Counted from the first letter of the whole stretch, positions 44,853 to 58,049 are shown. The stretch is DNA of 59,770 nucleotides, filler included, from Myxococcota bacterium (GCA_049322255.1; 5 parts of 5 records of this genome joined end to end with filler, not necessarily neighbours in it); one strand, 5' to 3'. Numbers and translations are program-made. The notes: a model not told the origin generated them from the sequence alone.

Positions 44853-44982
44853 GAGCTTCTCCTCGAACAAACGCCTCTTCGGCGTCCATCATGATTGGGT
44901 TTCAGCGGTTCAACCAGGCCCCCTCCTTCGCATTCCCGGCTCTAACCCGTTGAAACATCAGGACTTTTGTCGCAACAATCGT

Positions 44983-45012
44983 TTGACAGGAGGCAAGGCC
45001 GAAACCTAAGAT
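44983..45012 (+). promoter_or_regulatory. Putative sigma70-type promoter of the Hsp70 operon
   Basis: TTGACA-N18-TAAGAT, 26 nt upstream of ATG 45039. Confidence 0.55.
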
Positions 45013-45038
45013 GCGCCCGCCTTTTTCTCGGAGACCGA

Positions 45039-46640
45039 ATGGCGGACGACATCGCGATCGGCATCGATCTCGGTACCTCCTACTCCTGCGTGGCGGTGGT
45101 GCAAAACGGCGAGCCGCTCGTCCTTCCCAACGAGTGGGGTGAGCCGGTGCACGCCAGCTGTGTGTCCTTCCAAGAGGACGGAACGGTGCTGGTGGGCAAC
45201 AACGCGAAGAAGAACATCATCACCAACGCCGAGAACACCGTGTATTCGGCCAAACGCCTCATCGGGCGCTTCTATTTTTCGGACGAGGTGAAGAAGGCCC
45301 AGGCGGTGATGCCGTACCAGATCGTCGAAGGGGCGAACAACTCGGTGCGCATTCAGATTCGCGAGCGCACGTTCGCCCTGCCGGAGATCTCGGCGCTGGT
45401 CCTCAAGGAGATGAAAGCCATCGCCGAGGGCTACCTGGGACGTCCGGTGAGCAAGGCGGTGATCACCGTGCCCGCCTACTTCAACGACAACCAGCGCCAG
45501 GCCACCAAGGACGCGGGGCGCATCGCCGGGCTCGACGTCTTGCGCATGTTGAACGAGCCGACGGCGGCGGCGCTGGCGTACGGCTTCGGCCGCGACGTCA
45601 GCCAGAAGATCGTGGTCTACGACCTGGGCGGAGGCACCTTCGACGTCTCGATTCTCGAGATCGGCAAAGACGTCTTGGAGGTGCTCGCCACCGCCGGCGA
45701 CACCTACCTCGGCGGCGACGACTTCGACGATCGCATCATGACTTGGCTGGCAGAAGACTTTCTTTCCCGCACCGGGCTCGATCTGCGCCAGAACAAGTTC
45801 TGTCTGCAGATGCTCAAGGACGCGGCGGAGAAGGCGAAGATCGATGTCGGCCAGACCGGGGTCGCCGACATTTTGTGCGCGGGCATCTGCCAAGACGCCG
45901 AGGGCCGCGTGCTGGACGTGAAGGCGCAACTCACCACCGAGCAGTTCAACAAGATGGTGATGGAATTGGTACAGCGCACCTTCAAGGTGTGCGACGAGGC
46001 CCTGCAGAGCGCGCGCATCACCGCCGCCGACGTCGACGCAGTCATTCTCGTCGGTGGGCCCACGCGGCTGCCCATCGTTCGCAACTCGGTCAAGCACTAC
46101 TTTCAAAAAGAGCCGCTCGAGGGCATCAACCCCGATCAGGTGGTGGCGATGGGGGCGGCGTTACAAGCCAACACCCTGCTCGACAGCGTCACCGAAACCG
46201 TTCTCGTCGACGTCACCCCGCTCTCGCTCCGGTTGGGCACGGTGGGCGGCTACACCGAGAAGATCATCGACAAGAACACCCCGGTGCCGATCGACAAGGC
46301 AAAGACCTTCACCACCAGCCGCGACGGCCAAGAGAAGGTGAAGATCCGCGTCTACCAGGGTGAGTCGAACAAGGCCGACGAGTGCGAGCTGTTGGGCGAG
46401 TTCGAGTTCTCGGGCTTCCGCATCGGCTACCGGGGGGACGTGAAGATCGAGGTCACCTTCGAGATCAACACCGACGGCATCGTGAACGTGTCGGCGGCGG
46501 ATTTGGAAACGGGGCAGAAGACCTCGACCACCATCAGCCTGTCTTCCGGGCTGTCCGAGTCGGACATTCAGCACTCGATCGAAGCCAATCGCAACATCCG
46601 GCTCGCCGGGCACGACCTGCCGGCAGCTGTGGAAAGCTGA
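45039..46640 (+). CDS. Hsp70/DnaK-family chaperone paralog lacking the helical lid
   Basis: [52 protein letters not shown], linker [10 protein letters not shown]; 533 aa, ends shortly after SBD-beta. Confidence 0.92.
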   Translation: MADDIAIGIDLGTSYSCVAVVQNGEPLVLPNEWGEPVHASCVSFQEDGTVLVGNNAKKNIITNAENTVYSAKRLIGRFYFSDEVKKAQAVMPYQIVEGANNSVRIQIRERTFALPEISALVLKEMKAIAEGYLGRPVSKAVITVPAYFNDNQRQATKDAGRIAGLDVLRMLNEPTAAALAYGFGRDVSQKIVVYDLGGGTFDVSILEIGKDVLEVLATAGDTYLGGDDFDDRIMTWLAEDFLSRTGLDLRQNKFCLQMLKDAAEKAKIDVGQTGVADILCAGICQDAEGRVLDVKAQLTTEQFNKMVMELVQRTFKVCDEALQSARITAADVDAVILVGGPTRLPIVRNSVKHYFQKEPLEGINPDQVVAMGAALQANTLLDSVTETVLVDVTPLSLRLGTVGGYTEKIIDKNTPVPIDKAKTFTTSRDGQEKVKIRVYQGESNKADECELLGEFEFSGFRIGYRGDVKIEVTFEINTDGIVNVSAADLETGQKTSTTISLSSGLSESDIQHSIEANRNIRLAGHDLPAAVES

Positions 46641-46655
46641 GCTGAAAAAGGGAAC

Positions 46656-47477
46656 ATGTCGAGCGCTTCCGACAACGGAGCGGGAAAGCCGCCCGGCCCG
46701 CCCAAACCACCGGGCGCCCCCAAGCCGCCCCCCGTTCCGCGCATCGCCCCAGCCGCTCCCGCTGTCCGGCCAGCTTCGCCGCCGTCGATTGCTCCGGTGG
46801 CGCGCCCGGCGGCTCCCACGCTGATTCCCTCGATAGCCCCGGTCGTTCCTTCGGTGGCCCCGGTCGTACTGCCGGCGGCCCCTCCTGTCCCAAAAGACCT
46901 CGCGTCCCTCGCTCCTACCCAGGCCGCCGCCCTGGCGCAGCTCGCAGCCGTCCTCGACGAGATGGATTACTTCCAGCTCCTCAAGGTTTCTCACGAAGCG
47001 TCACCGGCGGAGATCAAGAAGGCCTTCTACCGGGAGAGCCGCAACTACCACCCCGACCGTTACTACCACCTCACCGACAAGGCCTCGAAGGAGCGGGTGA
47101 ACGACATCTACAAGCGCATGACCGAGGCCTATTACGTGCTGCGCGACGACACCAAGAGGCGAAAATACGCCGCCGATGTCACCGGGCCCGAGCGGGCGCA
47201 GAAGCTGCGCTTCAACGAGGCGAGCGAGGTGGAGACCAAGGCACTGGCGAAGAAGGAGCAGGAGGAGCAGATCGGCACCCACCCCAAGGGCCGCGCCTTC
47301 TACGCCACCGCGATGCAGGACATGGAGGCGCAACGCTGGTCCTCCGCCGAGCGCAATTTGAAGACGGCGCTCACCTATGAGCCTTCGAACGCGCGCTACA
47401 AGGAGAAGATGGAGGAGGTGCGGCAAAAGCTGCACGAGGAGTTCAAGAAGTCGGGTGACCAGTTCAAGATCCGGTGA
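46656..47477 (+). CDS. J-domain (DnaJ class C) protein with Pro/Ala-rich N-terminus and TPR-like C-terminus
   Basis: DYFQLLKV...EIKKAFY...YHPDR...EAYYVL; C-terminal helical hairpin ALTYEPSNARY. Confidence 0.88.
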   Translation: MSSASDNGAGKPPGPPKPPGAPKPPPVPRIAPAAPAVRPASPPSIAPVARPAAPTLIPSIAPVVPSVAPVVLPAAPPVPKDLASLAPTQAAALAQLAAVLDEMDYFQLLKVSHEASPAEIKKAFYRESRNYHPDRYYHLTDKASKERVNDIYKRMTEAYYVLRDDTKRRKYAADVTGPERAQKLRFNEASEVETKALAKKEQEEQIGTHPKGRAFYATAMQDMEAQRWSSAERNLKTALTYEPSNARYKEKMEEVRQKLHEEFKKSGDQFKIR

Positions 47478-48214
47478 CGTTCGATCTGGTCATCCTCGGG
47501 CTGGTGGTGCTCTTCGCCTTCATCGGCGCCTACACCGGAGCGGCCAAGCAGCTCGCCCAGCTGGCAGGCATGGTCGCCGCGTACGCCTCCGCGCGGCCGT
47601 TGGGCACCGTCCTGGCTCCGCATGCCTCCGAGCTCTTGGGAGGCCCGCGCGTCGTCGGGCAGGTGGCGGCGACCCTGTTGTGCTTCATCGTCGTCCTCGC
47701 GGTGGTGCGGGTGCTGCTCGCCGCGCTCTTGAAGCGGCTGTGGGCAGGCAAGAGCTCCCAGGAAGACCAGGTCGACCGCCCCTTGGGCTTCGCCTTGGGA
47801 GGGGTCAAGGTGGCGGTGCTTGCCTACGTCGTCATCTGCGCCCTCTCCTTCGTCGAGCAGCACGTGGTGGTGGCGGGAAAGAAGATCGGCTTCTCCCCCA
47901 AGGACTCGCTGGCCTTCGCTCTCGCCCGACGCTTCAACCTCTTCGAGCTCACCCAGTTCTCAGCGGTGAAAGACCTGGCGCAGGTGGCGAAGATGGCCAC
48001 CGACCCCGAGCAGGCCTCCAAGGTACGCAGCGACCCCGCCTTCCAAGCGCTGCGCAAGGATCCACGGTTTCAGAGGGCCCTCGAAGACGCGACGGTGGCC
48101 AAGGCGATCGAGAGCGGCGACTACCGCGCGCTCTTGGAGAGCAACGCCATCTTGCAGCTCATCCAGGACCCGGCAATCGTCGAAAAGCTCACCGCCGCAG
48201 CGGAACGCCCCTGA
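47474..48214 (+). CDS. cvpA: CvpA family membrane protein
   Basis: FDLVIL....GAYTG, four TM segments, DRPLGFALG; GTGA-coupled to the J protein. Confidence 0.8.
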   Translation: MTFDLVILGLVVLFAFIGAYTGAAKQLAQLAGMVAAYASARPLGTVLAPHASELLGGPRVVGQVAATLLCFIVVLAVVRVLLAALLKRLWAGKSSQEDQVDRPLGFALGGVKVAVLAYVVICALSFVEQHVVVAGKKIGFSPKDSLAFALARRFNLFELTQFSAVKDLAQVAKMATDPEQASKVRSDPAFQALRKDPRFQRALEDATVAKAIESGDYRALLESNAILQLIQDPAIVEKLTAAAERP

Positions 48215-48257
48215 CGCTATCCCGCTCGACGTCTGTACGGTTTGGTACGCTGGTGGG

Positions 48258-48366
48258 GTGAACGCGCTATCGAAGACTCTCGAAGAGCAGCTGTTCGCCG
48301 TCGCGTCGTCCCTCCCGGGGATGAGGCTTTTTTTGCTTTTCGGTTCACGAGCGCGGGGCGCGGCGA
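48258..48366 (+). CDS. MNT-type nucleotidyltransferase (antitoxin-like), N-terminus only
   Basis: Not in the ORF track. GTG AAC GCG... translates to VNALSKTLEEQLFAVASSLPGMRLFLLFGSRARG, with the GS-x-ARG motif; cut by the linker. Confidence 0.65.
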
Positions 48367-48466
48367 NNNNNNNNNNNNNNNNNNNNNNNNNNNNNNNNNN
48401 NNNNNNNNNNTTAATTAATTAANNNNNNNNNNNNNNNNNNNNNNNNNNNNNNNNNNNNNNNNNNNN
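48367..48466. other. Artificial contig linker
   Basis: N44-TTAATTAATTAA-N44. Confidence 0.99.
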
Positions 48467-48476
48467 GCCGTGTTCC

Positions 48477-50872
48477 TTAGGGATTTGCGCCCCGGAGGCT
48501 GCCCCCCAAGCGGCGATTCACCTCGGCGACGATGCGCGCGTGGGCCTCGTTCACCTCGGCATCGGTCAACGTCCGGTCACTCGCCTGGTACTTGAGCGCA
48601 TAGGCGAGGTTCTTCTTCCCTTCGGGGATCGGCTTTCCCGTGTACACGTCGAACAAGTGCGCGTCTTCCACCAGCGGCGCGCCTACCTCGACGATCACCT
48701 GCCGCACCTCGTCGTGCTGAAGCTCGAGCGGAACGACGACGGCAACGTCTCGGAAAACAGCGGGGAAGCGCCCGAGCGGCTGGTACGTCGGAGTGAGCGC
48801 CGCCGCCTCGATGAGCGCTCCCAAGTCGAGCTCGAACAAGACGAGCCCCGCGGGCACGTCGAGCCGCTTGGCCACCCGCGGGTGAAGCTCGCCCAGGGAG
48901 CCGACGCGCTTGCCCTTCACCTGTACCGACGCTCCCGCCCGAGGGTGCAGGTGCGCAAGCTCGATCGCTTCGTAGCGCGCCTCGCCCAGATGCAGCGCCT
49001 CCAGCACGGCCTCCACCGCGCCCTTGGCGTCGTAGAAATCGACCGGGGCGTCCTTCTGCGTCCACCTGCGCCCCACTCTTCCGCCCCACAGCACCCCGGC
49101 GACTTGGAGCACCTCGTGCGCCGGAGGGCGGTCATCCACCGCGCCCTTCGCGTCGGGCAGGTAGATGCGGCCGACTTCGTACAAGCGGCCGGCGTCGACT
49201 TGGTGGCGCAGGTTTCGCGAGACGTTCTGCAAAAGCCCCGCGAACATCGAGGTGCGCATCACCGACTGCTCCACCGAGAGCGGATTGACCAGCGCGATGG
49301 GCGGTGGCGCGCCCAGGGCGGACAGCTCCTTGGGCGAAACGAAGGAGTAGTTGACCACCTCGTCGAATCCCGCTCCCGCCAGCGCGATCCGAACGCGGCG
49401 CTCGACCTCCATGCGCGGCGACTCCGCAGGCAGAGCCTTGGGTGCGCGCGGCATCACTGTGGGAATGCTCTCGTACCCGCGCACGCGGGCGATCTCCTCG
49501 ACGAGGTCCTCCTCGCGCTCGACGTCCATGCGAAAAAAAGGAACCTCCCAGGCGTCGTTCGTGCGCGAAAACCCCAGCGCCTCGAGGATGCGCGTCTCCT
49601 CCTCGGGCTTGATTTCCGTGCCTAGCACCGCGCTCGATCGTCCCGGCCGCAGTGTCACCTTCCGCCTCGGCTTGGGCGAGGGGTACACGTCGACGCGGCC
49701 AAAGAGGACTGTCCCCTTCCCCAACTCGGAAATCAGCGCGGCGGCGCGATCGAGCACCTCGGGCACCGCTTCGATGTCGCAGCCACGCTCGAAGCGATGC
49801 GACGACTCGGAGTGCAGCCCGTGGCGCTTCGAGGTCCGGCGGACGGTCGCTGGTTGGAAGTGCGCACACTCGAGCAACACCCGCTGGGTACGGAAGGACA
49901 CCTCGCTGTCAGCCCCTCCCATCACCCCCGCGAGCACCTGGGGCTTGTCGCGGTCGCAGACGAGCAGGTCGTCGGTCTCGAGCGCACGTTCCTTGCCGTC
50001 GAGGGTGGTCAGCTTCTCCTTCGGCTTGGCGCGTCGCACGACGATTTCGGCACCGGCCACCTGGTCGAGGTCGAAGGCGTGCAGCGGCTGCCCGTACTCG
50101 AGGAGCACGTAGTTGGTGACGTCGACCACGTTGTTGATCGACCGCACACCACACGCCTCGAGCCGTGACGCCAACCAGGCGGGCGATGGCCCAATCGTCA
50201 CACCCTCGATCACCCGTGCGGCATAGCGAGGACACCGCTCGGGGTCCTCGATGCGGATTTTCACCTTGTCCGCCGCGCGCTCCTTCACCTCCGCGAGCCT
50301 CGCCACCGGTTTCTGGAGCGGCTTTTCGCTGAGCACCGCCACCTCCCGCGCGATGCCCAGATGAGAGAGCGCGTCGGGCCGGTTGGGGGTGACGTTCACC
50401 TCGAGCACCACGTCGTCTCTGCCGAGGACCTTGGCGATCGGCGCCCCCACCGGGGCCCCTGGATCCAGAATGACCAGGCCCGCGGCGTCTTGCGACAGGC
50501 CCAGCTCACGCGCCGAGCAGAGCATGCCGAAGCTCTCCACCCCGCGCAGCGAGGAGGCCGTGATGTGGGTGCCATTGGGCAGCGTCGTCCCGGCGGTGGC
50601 CAAGGGCACCTTGTCGCCCACCTGGTAGTTCTTTGCCCCGCAGACGATCTGCAAGGGAGCAGCTTCGCCGACGTCGACCTTCGTCACGCTCAGCTTGTCG
50701 GCGTTGGGGTGCTTCTCCGAGGAAAGAATCTTCGCCACCACCACGCCCCGGAGCGCATCGCCCAGACGCTCGACTCCCTCGACCTCGAGCCCGGCCATGG
50801 TCAGGCGGTGCACCAACTCCTCGAGGGGAGGGAGCTGCACGTACTCGGAGAGCCAGTTGAGAGAGACTTTCA

Positions 50873-50873
<1 letters not shown>
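48477..50873 (-). CDS. pheT: Phenylalanine--tRNA ligase beta subunit
   Basis: MKVSLNWL, HPNADKL, IVCGAKN, TPNRPD.LS, NNVVDVTNYV, DLVEEIARV.GY, FDVYTG; TGATG-coupled to pheS. Confidence 0.97.
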
Positions 50874-51928
<1,055 letters not shown>

Positions 51929-52276
51929 CTAGGCCGCCTTCGCGATGCTCGCAATGGCGCTAAAGCCCGACGGGTCGGATACCGCCAACTCGGCGAGGAT
52001 CTTCCGGTCGAGCGCAATCTTCGCCTTGTTCAGCTTGGCGATGAGCTTCGAGTACGACAGGCCGGCGGCCCGGGCCGCGGCGTTGATGCGGACAATCCAC
52101 AGCGAGCGGAAGTCGCGCTTCTTCCTCATCCGGTCGCGGCTGGCGTAGTCGAGCGCGCGCTCCACCGCCTGGTTGGCGCGCTTGTAACAATTCTTGCGAC
52201 GGCCCCGGTAGCCCTTGGCGAGCTTGAGAACCCGGTTGCGGCGGCGACGAGCCTTGAAACCCTTCTTGACGCGCAT
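51929..52276 (-). CDS. rplT: 50S ribosomal protein L20
   Basis: [42 protein letters not shown]. Confidence 0.97.
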   Translation of the reverse strand: MRVKKGFKARRRRNRVLKLAKGYRGRRKNCYKRANQAVERALDYASRDRMRKKRDFRSLWIVRINAAARAAGLSYSKLIAKLNKAKIALDRKILAELAVSDPSGFSAIASIAKAA

Positions 52277-52294
52277 CGTACGACTCCGACTTCG

Positions 52295-52504
52295 TTAGTT
52301 GGCCCCGTAGGGGAAGAGCTCTTTGATCACCTTCTTCGCATCCATCTGTTGGAGGTGACCGGTTCCCCGGTTGCGGCGCTTGCTCGCCGGGGTCTTCGAG
52401 AAGGTGAGCAGGTGCTTGGCGAACGCCTTGCCGTGCTTCACCGCGCCGGACTTCTTGACGTGCAGGCGCTTCTTGGCGCCGCTCTTGGTCTTCAACTTCG
52501 GCAT
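52295..52504 (-). CDS. rpmI: 50S ribosomal protein L35
   Basis: MPKLKTKSGAKKR...KHLL; located between infC and rplT. Confidence 0.95.
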   Translation of the reverse strand: MPKLKTKSGAKKRLHVKKSGAVKHGKAFAKHLLTFSKTPASKRRNRGTGHLQQMDAKKVIKELFPYGAN

Positions 52505-52575
52505 GAGAAACGTTCCTTCCCCGAAAGGACGGGGCCCAAAAGGGGGCGCACCTTGTCCCACTGCGCCGCCGGTTG

Positions 52576-53247
<672 letters not shown>

Positions 53248-53286
53248 GAGGCTTTCCTCCGGTGAAGGGTTCGAAGGCGGCGGACT

Positions 53287-55215
53287 CTACGGCCAGGCGG
53301 CCTCGGCGGACAAGAGCTTGATGAAGCTTTCCAGAGGCATCGTCTTCAAGTCTTCACCGCCGTAGCGCCGGGGCGCCACCGCCTGGGCGTCGACTTCTTT
53401 GTCGCCGATGACCAGGGTGAAGGGCACCTTGTGCAGCTGGGCCTCGCGAATCTTCGCGTTCAACGTCATGCCGCGCTCGTCGAGCTCGACCCGAAAGCCG
53501 CGCGCCAAAAGCTCCTCCTGCACCTTCCTCGCATAGGACAGCTGCCGATCGGCGACGGTGACGAGGGTTGCCTGCACCGGAGCGAGCCACACCGGGAACG
53601 CGCCGGCGTAGTGCTCGGTGAGAATGGCGATGAACCGTTCGAACGAGCCGAAGATCGCGCGGTGGAGCACCACGGGGCGATGCTCCTGGTTGTCCTCGCC
53701 GACGTAAGTGAGGTCGAACCGCTCGGGGGCGAGGTAGTCGAGCTGAATGGTGCTCACCGTCCACTTGCGGCCGATGGAGTCGGTGACGTCGAAGTCGACC
53801 TTCGGGCCGTAGAACGCGCCATCGCCCTCGTTGACGGTGTACGGCATGCCGGTCGCCTCGAGCGCGGCCTTGAGCGCTTCTTCCGCGCGGTCCCACATCG
53901 CGTCGTCGCCCAGCCGCTCCTGGGGGCGGGTGGCGAACTTGGCGGTGGGCGTAAGCCCAAAGGCGGCATGGACTTTTTTGAACAGCTCGACGAAGCGCTT
54001 CACCTCGGCGCCGACATCGCTCTGAGGGCAGTAGATGTGCCCATCGTCCTGGGCGAACTGCCGCACCCGAGTCAGCCCCGAGAGCGAGCCCGACGCCTCG
54101 TTGCGGTGGAGCACGTCCTGGCTGTGCAGGCGCAAGGGCAGCTCTCGGTACGAGCGTTTCTTCATCCCGAAGAGGATGTGGTGCGAGGGGCAGTTCATCG
54201 GCTTCAAAGATGAGTCGTGCTCCTTCGTCTCGTTGTCGAGCACGAGGAACATGTTCTCCTTGTACTTGCCCCAGTGGCCGCTCTTTTCCCAGAGCGCCTT
54301 GTTGAACATCAGCGGCGTCTTCACCTCCACATACCCGTTGGAAAGGAGCAGCCGCCGCATGTACTGCGAGAGCGTCTGGTAGAGGGTCGTGCCTTTGGGG
54401 GTCCAGAAGGCCGCGCCAGGCGCCACCGGGTCGAAGTGGAAGAGGTCGAGCTCTTTGCCCAGGCGGCGGTGGTCGCGCTTCTTCGCCTCCTCCTGCCGGT
54501 GCAGCCACTCGGCGAGCGCCTTCTTGTCGAAGAAGGCGGTGCCGTAGATGCGCTGGAGCATGGGGTTCTTGTGGTCTCCGCGCCAGTAGGCGCCGCTCGA
54601 GGAGAGCAGCTTGATGACGCCCACCTTCCCGGTCGACGGGCCGTGGGGGCCCAGGCAGAAGTCGACCCAGTCACCGTGGCTGTAGAGGGTGAGGGTTTTG
54701 GCGCCCTTGGCCACGATGTCGTTGATGATCTCCACCTTGAAGGACTCGCCCTTACCCTGGAAGAGGCGAATCGCCTCGTCAGCCGAGACTTCTTGACGCT
54801 CGAACACCAGGTCCTTGGCGACGATGCGGTTGGCCTCCTCTTCGATCGCTTGCAGGTCCTCGGGGGTGAAGGGCTTGTCGCGGAAGAAGTCGTAATAGAA
54901 GCCGTCTTCGATCGTCGGGCCGATGGTGACCTGGGTGCCGGGGAAGAGTCGCTGCACCGCGTCGGCGACGATGTGCGCCGCATCGTGGCGGGCCACCTCG
55001 AGGCCTTCGGGGGACTTGGTGGTGAAAATCTGAAGGCGGGCGTCGGCTTCGAGCGTTCGCGACAGGTCGACCTCCTGCCCGTCGAGCTTGGCGAACACCG
55101 CCGCCTTCGCCAGCCCCGCTCCGATGTGCTCGCGCACGAAGTCGCCCACGCGCATGCCCTTGGGCGCTGCCTTGGTGCTCCCGTCAGGGAGCGTCACCTT
55201 CACTTGCTCCGACAT
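53287..55215 (-). CDS. thrS: Threonine--tRNA ligase
   Basis: TGS domain, [50 protein letters not shown]. Confidence 0.98.
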   Translation of the reverse strand: MSEQVKVTLPDGSTKAAPKGMRVGDFVREHIGAGLAKAAVFAKLDGQEVDLSRTLEADARLQIFTTKSPEGLEVARHDAAHIVADAVQRLFPGTQVTIGPTIEDGFYYDFFRDKPFTPEDLQAIEEEANRIVAKDLVFERQEVSADEAIRLFQGKGESFKVEIINDIVAKGAKTLTLYSHGDWVDFCLGPHGPSTGKVGVIKLLSSSGAYWRGDHKNPMLQRIYGTAFFDKKALAEWLHRQEEAKKRDHRRLGKELDLFHFDPVAPGAAFWTPKGTTLYQTLSQYMRRLLLSNGYVEVKTPLMFNKALWEKSGHWGKYKENMFLVLDNETKEHDSSLKPMNCPSHHILFGMKKRSYRELPLRLHSQDVLHRNEASGSLSGLTRVRQFAQDDGHIYCPQSDVGAEVKRFVELFKKVHAAFGLTPTAKFATRPQERLGDDAMWDRAEEALKAALEATGMPYTVNEGDGAFYGPKVDFDVTDSIGRKWTVSTIQLDYLAPERFDLTYVGEDNQEHRPVVLHRAIFGSFERFIAILTEHYAGAFPVWLAPVQATLVTVADRQLSYARKVQEELLARGFRVELDERGMTLNAKIREAQLHKVPFTLVIGDKEVDAQAVAPRRYGGEDLKTMPLESFIKLLSAEAAWP

Positions 55216-55297
55216 CGTCTCCTCGAATCGAAAACAGCGAGGGCGGCCGGCCCAAGTGACCGCGCCGCCCGCCGATGGAATGCCCGGTTGGTTGTGA

Positions 55298-55369
<72 letters not shown>

Positions 55370-55382
55370 AAGAAACGCGGGC

Positions 55383-55412
55383 GAGATAACAGTCACGGAT
55401 CGAGGGTGTCAA
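55383..55412 (-). promoter_or_regulatory. Putative promoter of tRNA-Val/thrS
   Basis: TTGACA-N18-TATCTC with TG extension, 13 nt upstream of the tRNA. Confidence 0.5.
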
Positions 55413-56098
55413 GGACGGCTCAGCTCGGCTTTGATCTGGTCCATCACCGCGTCGAACATCGCCGGGGTCAGCCTGCCCGTCTGGGTGTTCTGCTGGCTGA
55501 CGTGGTAGCAGCCGACGAGGGAGGGAGCGCCCGAAAGCCGCGCGACGGCTCCGTGGCCGAACTTGGGCAGCGGTCGAGGCAGCGCCACGCTGCACCGCCG
55601 GAAGTACTCCAAGCTCGCGCTCCAGGCGATGCCACCGAGGGCGAGGAGGACCCGCGGCGACAGCAGCCCCAGCTCGCGGTCGAGGAAGGGAGCGCAGCGG
55701 CGAAGCTCTTCTTTCGTCGGCAGATTGTCAGGCGGAGCACAGCGCACTGGTGCGACGATGAACGCGTCGAGGAGCAAAAGTCCGTCCTCTCGGTGCACGC
55801 TATGGGGCTGACTGGCAAACCCGGCGCGAAACAAGCCGGCGTAGAGAAACTCCCCCGAGCGGTCCCCGGTGAACATGCGCCCGGTGCGGTTGGCGCCGTG
55901 CGCGCCCGGCGCCAGACCGACGATCGCCAACCGCGCGCCTCGATCTCCAAAGCCCGGCAGCGGCCTGCCCCAATACTTCTGCTCCCGGTACGCGCGTCGC
56001 TTCGTCTTCGCCACTTTTTCCCGCCACGCCACCAAGCGGGGGCAGGCGCGGCAGGTGACGATCTCCTCCTCCAACGACTTCCACTTCTTTGCGCTCAC
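55409..56098 (-). CDS. udgB: Uracil-DNA glycosylase family 5 (UdgB-like, Fe-S)
   Basis: CRACPRL, YWGRPLPGFGD, GLAPGAHGANRTGR.FTGDRSG, RCAPPDN.P, YHVSQQN. Confidence 0.9.
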   Translation of the reverse strand: MSAKKWKSLEEEIVTCRACPRLVAWREKVAKTKRRAYREQKYWGRPLPGFGDRGARLAIVGLAPGAHGANRTGRMFTGDRSGEFLYAGLFRAGFASQPHSVHREDGLLLLDAFIVAPVRCAPPDNLPTKEELRRCAPFLDRELGLLSPRVLLALGGIAWSASLEYFRRCSVALPRPLPKFGHGAVARLSGAPSLVGCYHVSQQNTQTGRLTPAMFDAVMDQIKAELSRP

Positions 56099-56853
56099 GG
56101 TGACGTTGCCGACAGGCGGGTCAAGAGCTTGGCGGCGGCGAAGGCGGCTTGCTCGTCGCTACCCACGTGAAGCTCGAGCTCCGCCGCCGGGTGCAAGGCG
56201 TACAGCCGGCGCAGGCCCTCGTCGCTCATGTCAGGAGTCCACCGCACCCGGGGGGCGGCCCCGCAGGGAGTCGTATCCAACCTTTCGACCCCCATCTCCA
56301 TCCACAGCCCCGGGCGGAAAGCAGCCTCGCAGCCGCCGTCGTGCCCCAACAGCCCCCCGAGCCGCGCGAGCTTCTTTCCAGGCAGGTGGCGAAAGATGGC
56401 GAACGCCAGCAAGTCGACGTCGGCGGCCCCCGGCCGCCACTCGATGTGAACGGGGCGCGAGGCGGCGAGGCGTGCGGCGTCCGGCAGCGGTCCTTCGACG
56501 ACCACCGCCACACGGCGCGGGCCCAGGCGAAAGAGGCCCTCCCCTTCCAGATCTGCTTGGGCGAGCCACAGCCCCGCCCGGGGAACGCGTGCCCACTGCC
56601 GCGCCTGCGCGGACGACACCGGAGGTCGCACGCGCACGTAGACGTCGGCGAAGCGCGCCAACGCGGCGATGGTGGAGTCGCGCGGGGTGTTCGAGCGGGT
56701 GTCCAGCCACAGCACCACGGAGGGTCTTGCCAACGCCCGCAAGGTGTCGGCCGCGAGCTCTTCGTGGGCGTAGACGTGCACCCGAAGCCCGGGCAACACC
56801 AGCGGCACCTGTGCGGGGGCCTGCGCCAGCGCCAAAGTCAGCACCAGAGCCAT
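56095..56853 (-). CDS. Hypothetical protein
   Basis: Translationally coupled on both sides (TGATG upstream, GTGA downstream); short hydrophobic N-terminus; no motif recognised. Confidence 0.6.
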   Translation of the reverse strand: MALVLTLALAQAPAQVPLVLPGLRVHVYAHEELAADTLRALARPSVVLWLDTRSNTPRDSTIAALARFADVYVRVRPPVSSAQARQWARVPRAGLWLAQADLEGEGLFRLGPRRVAVVVEGPLPDAARLAASRPVHIEWRPGAADVDLLAFAIFRHLPGKKLARLGGLLGHDGGCEAAFRPGLWMEMGVERLDTTPCGAAPRVRWTPDMSDEGLRRLYALHPAAELELHVGSDEQAAFAAAKLLTRLSATSP

Positions 56854-58049
56854 CAACGGGGAAGCTCGCCCGTGTAGAGGGACGTGCGCCGATAGCGCTG
56901 CACCACGACGGTCAACACCACCTTGAGGATCGCCGCCGTCGGCACCGCCAGGAGCACGCCCGCGAAACCAAACAGCTCTCCGAAGGCCAACACCGCGATG
57001 ATCACCGCCACCGGGGGCAGACCCACTTTCTCTCCCACCACCCGCGGGGTGATGACCAGCCCCTCGGCTGCTTGAGCGAGCACGAAGGTGAGGACAATCA
57101 CCACCAGCTGCCAGGGCCCCTGCCAAGAGAGCACCAGCCCCACCAGGGCGAGCACCACCCCGATGCCGGTGCCAAGGTAGGGCACCATGTTGCCGAAGCC
57201 GGCAATGACGCCAATGACGATCGCCATGTCGATGCGGGCGATCGACAACCCGGTGGAGTACAGCACCGAGAGAATCGCCCCCACCGTGAGCTGCCCGCGC
57301 AAAAACGCCGAGAGCACCTCGTCGACCTCGGCGAAGCGTTTGGACAAAAGCCCCACCGCGCGGCGCGGCAACAACCCCTGGGCCAGCTCCATGAGGCGCG
57401 GGTAGTCCATGAGGAAGAAAAAGCCCAAGACCGGCACCACCAAAAGCCCGAGGATCGTCACCACCACCCGCGCTGTGTTCTTGGCGAAGTTGGCCGCAAG
57501 CTTCGCCACCGTCGGCCCGGCGTTTTTCAAGAGGTCCGCCGCTTCGTTGCCCAGCTCGGCGGCGCGCTGACGAAGCAGCTCGGGCACTGACACGCCGAAG
57601 CGCGACTCGACCCACGGGAAGAGCTGGGTGCCCGCGCGCTGGAAGAAGTCGGGCAGCTTGCGTGCCTCCTCGCGGAACACCGGGATGAGGTAGAGCACGA
57701 AGCCCGCGAGCGCCAACGCGAGGGCGGCGAACACCAGAGCGGTGGCCACGGGGCGGGACATCTTCTTTTGCGCCAGCCAGGTGACCACCGGGTTGAGCCC
57801 GTAGGCGATGCCCAACGCCAAGAGCACCGGTACCGCCACTCCGCTGAAGAGGGAGAGCACCAGGAACATCAGCCCCAGGATCAAGAGCATGCCCACCGAC
57901 CAGACGAAGTCGATGCGGCGCGCCTCGGGCTCCAAAAGTCCCTCGGCAGAGGGCTTGGACGGCACCACCTGCAATGGCGCGGGCGCGGGCTCGACCGCGG
58001 GTAGAGCAGCTACGCTCGCGGCTGCCTTTCCTTTTTTTCGTCTGCCGAT
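56853..58049 (-). CDS. AI-2E (PerM/TqsA) family transporter
   Basis: AYGLNPVV, FFFLMD, LSAFLRGQL, NMVPYLG, EG.VITPRVVGEKVGLPP, GVLLAVP; start uncertain. Confidence 0.9.
   Translation of the reverse strand: MGRRKKGKAAASVAALPAVEPAPAPLQVVPSKPSAEGLLEPEARRIDFVWSVGMLLILGLMFLVLSLFSGVAVPVLLALGIAYGLNPVVTWLAQKKMSRPVATALVFAALALALAGFVLYLIPVFREEARKLPDFFQRAGTQLFPWVESRFGVSVPELLRQRAAELGNEAADLLKNAGPTVAKLAANFAKNTARVVVTILGLLVVPVLGFFFLMDYPRLMELAQGLLPRRAVGLLSKRFAEVDEVLSAFLRGQLTVGAILSVLYSTGLSIARIDMAIVIGVIAGFGNMVPYLGTGIGVVLALVGLVLSWQGPWQLVVIVLTFVLAQAAEGLVITPRVVGEKVGLPPVAVIIAVLAFGELFGFAGVLLAVPTAAILKVVLTVVVQRYRRTSLYTGELPR

Noticed and set aside
46680..46900. Low-complexity repeated DNA resembling a tandem array
   Set aside because: Explained by the Pro/Ala-rich protein linker; no CRISPR-like repeat-spacer structure was seen anywhere in the window.
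12412..48466. Four repeated N44-TTAATTAATTAA-N44 blocks and gene adjacencies across them
   Set aside because: Artificial contig linkers. Contigs are size-sorted (>=12411, 12351, 11661, 11643, >=11304), so they are not a biological repeat and cross-linker synteny is meaningless.
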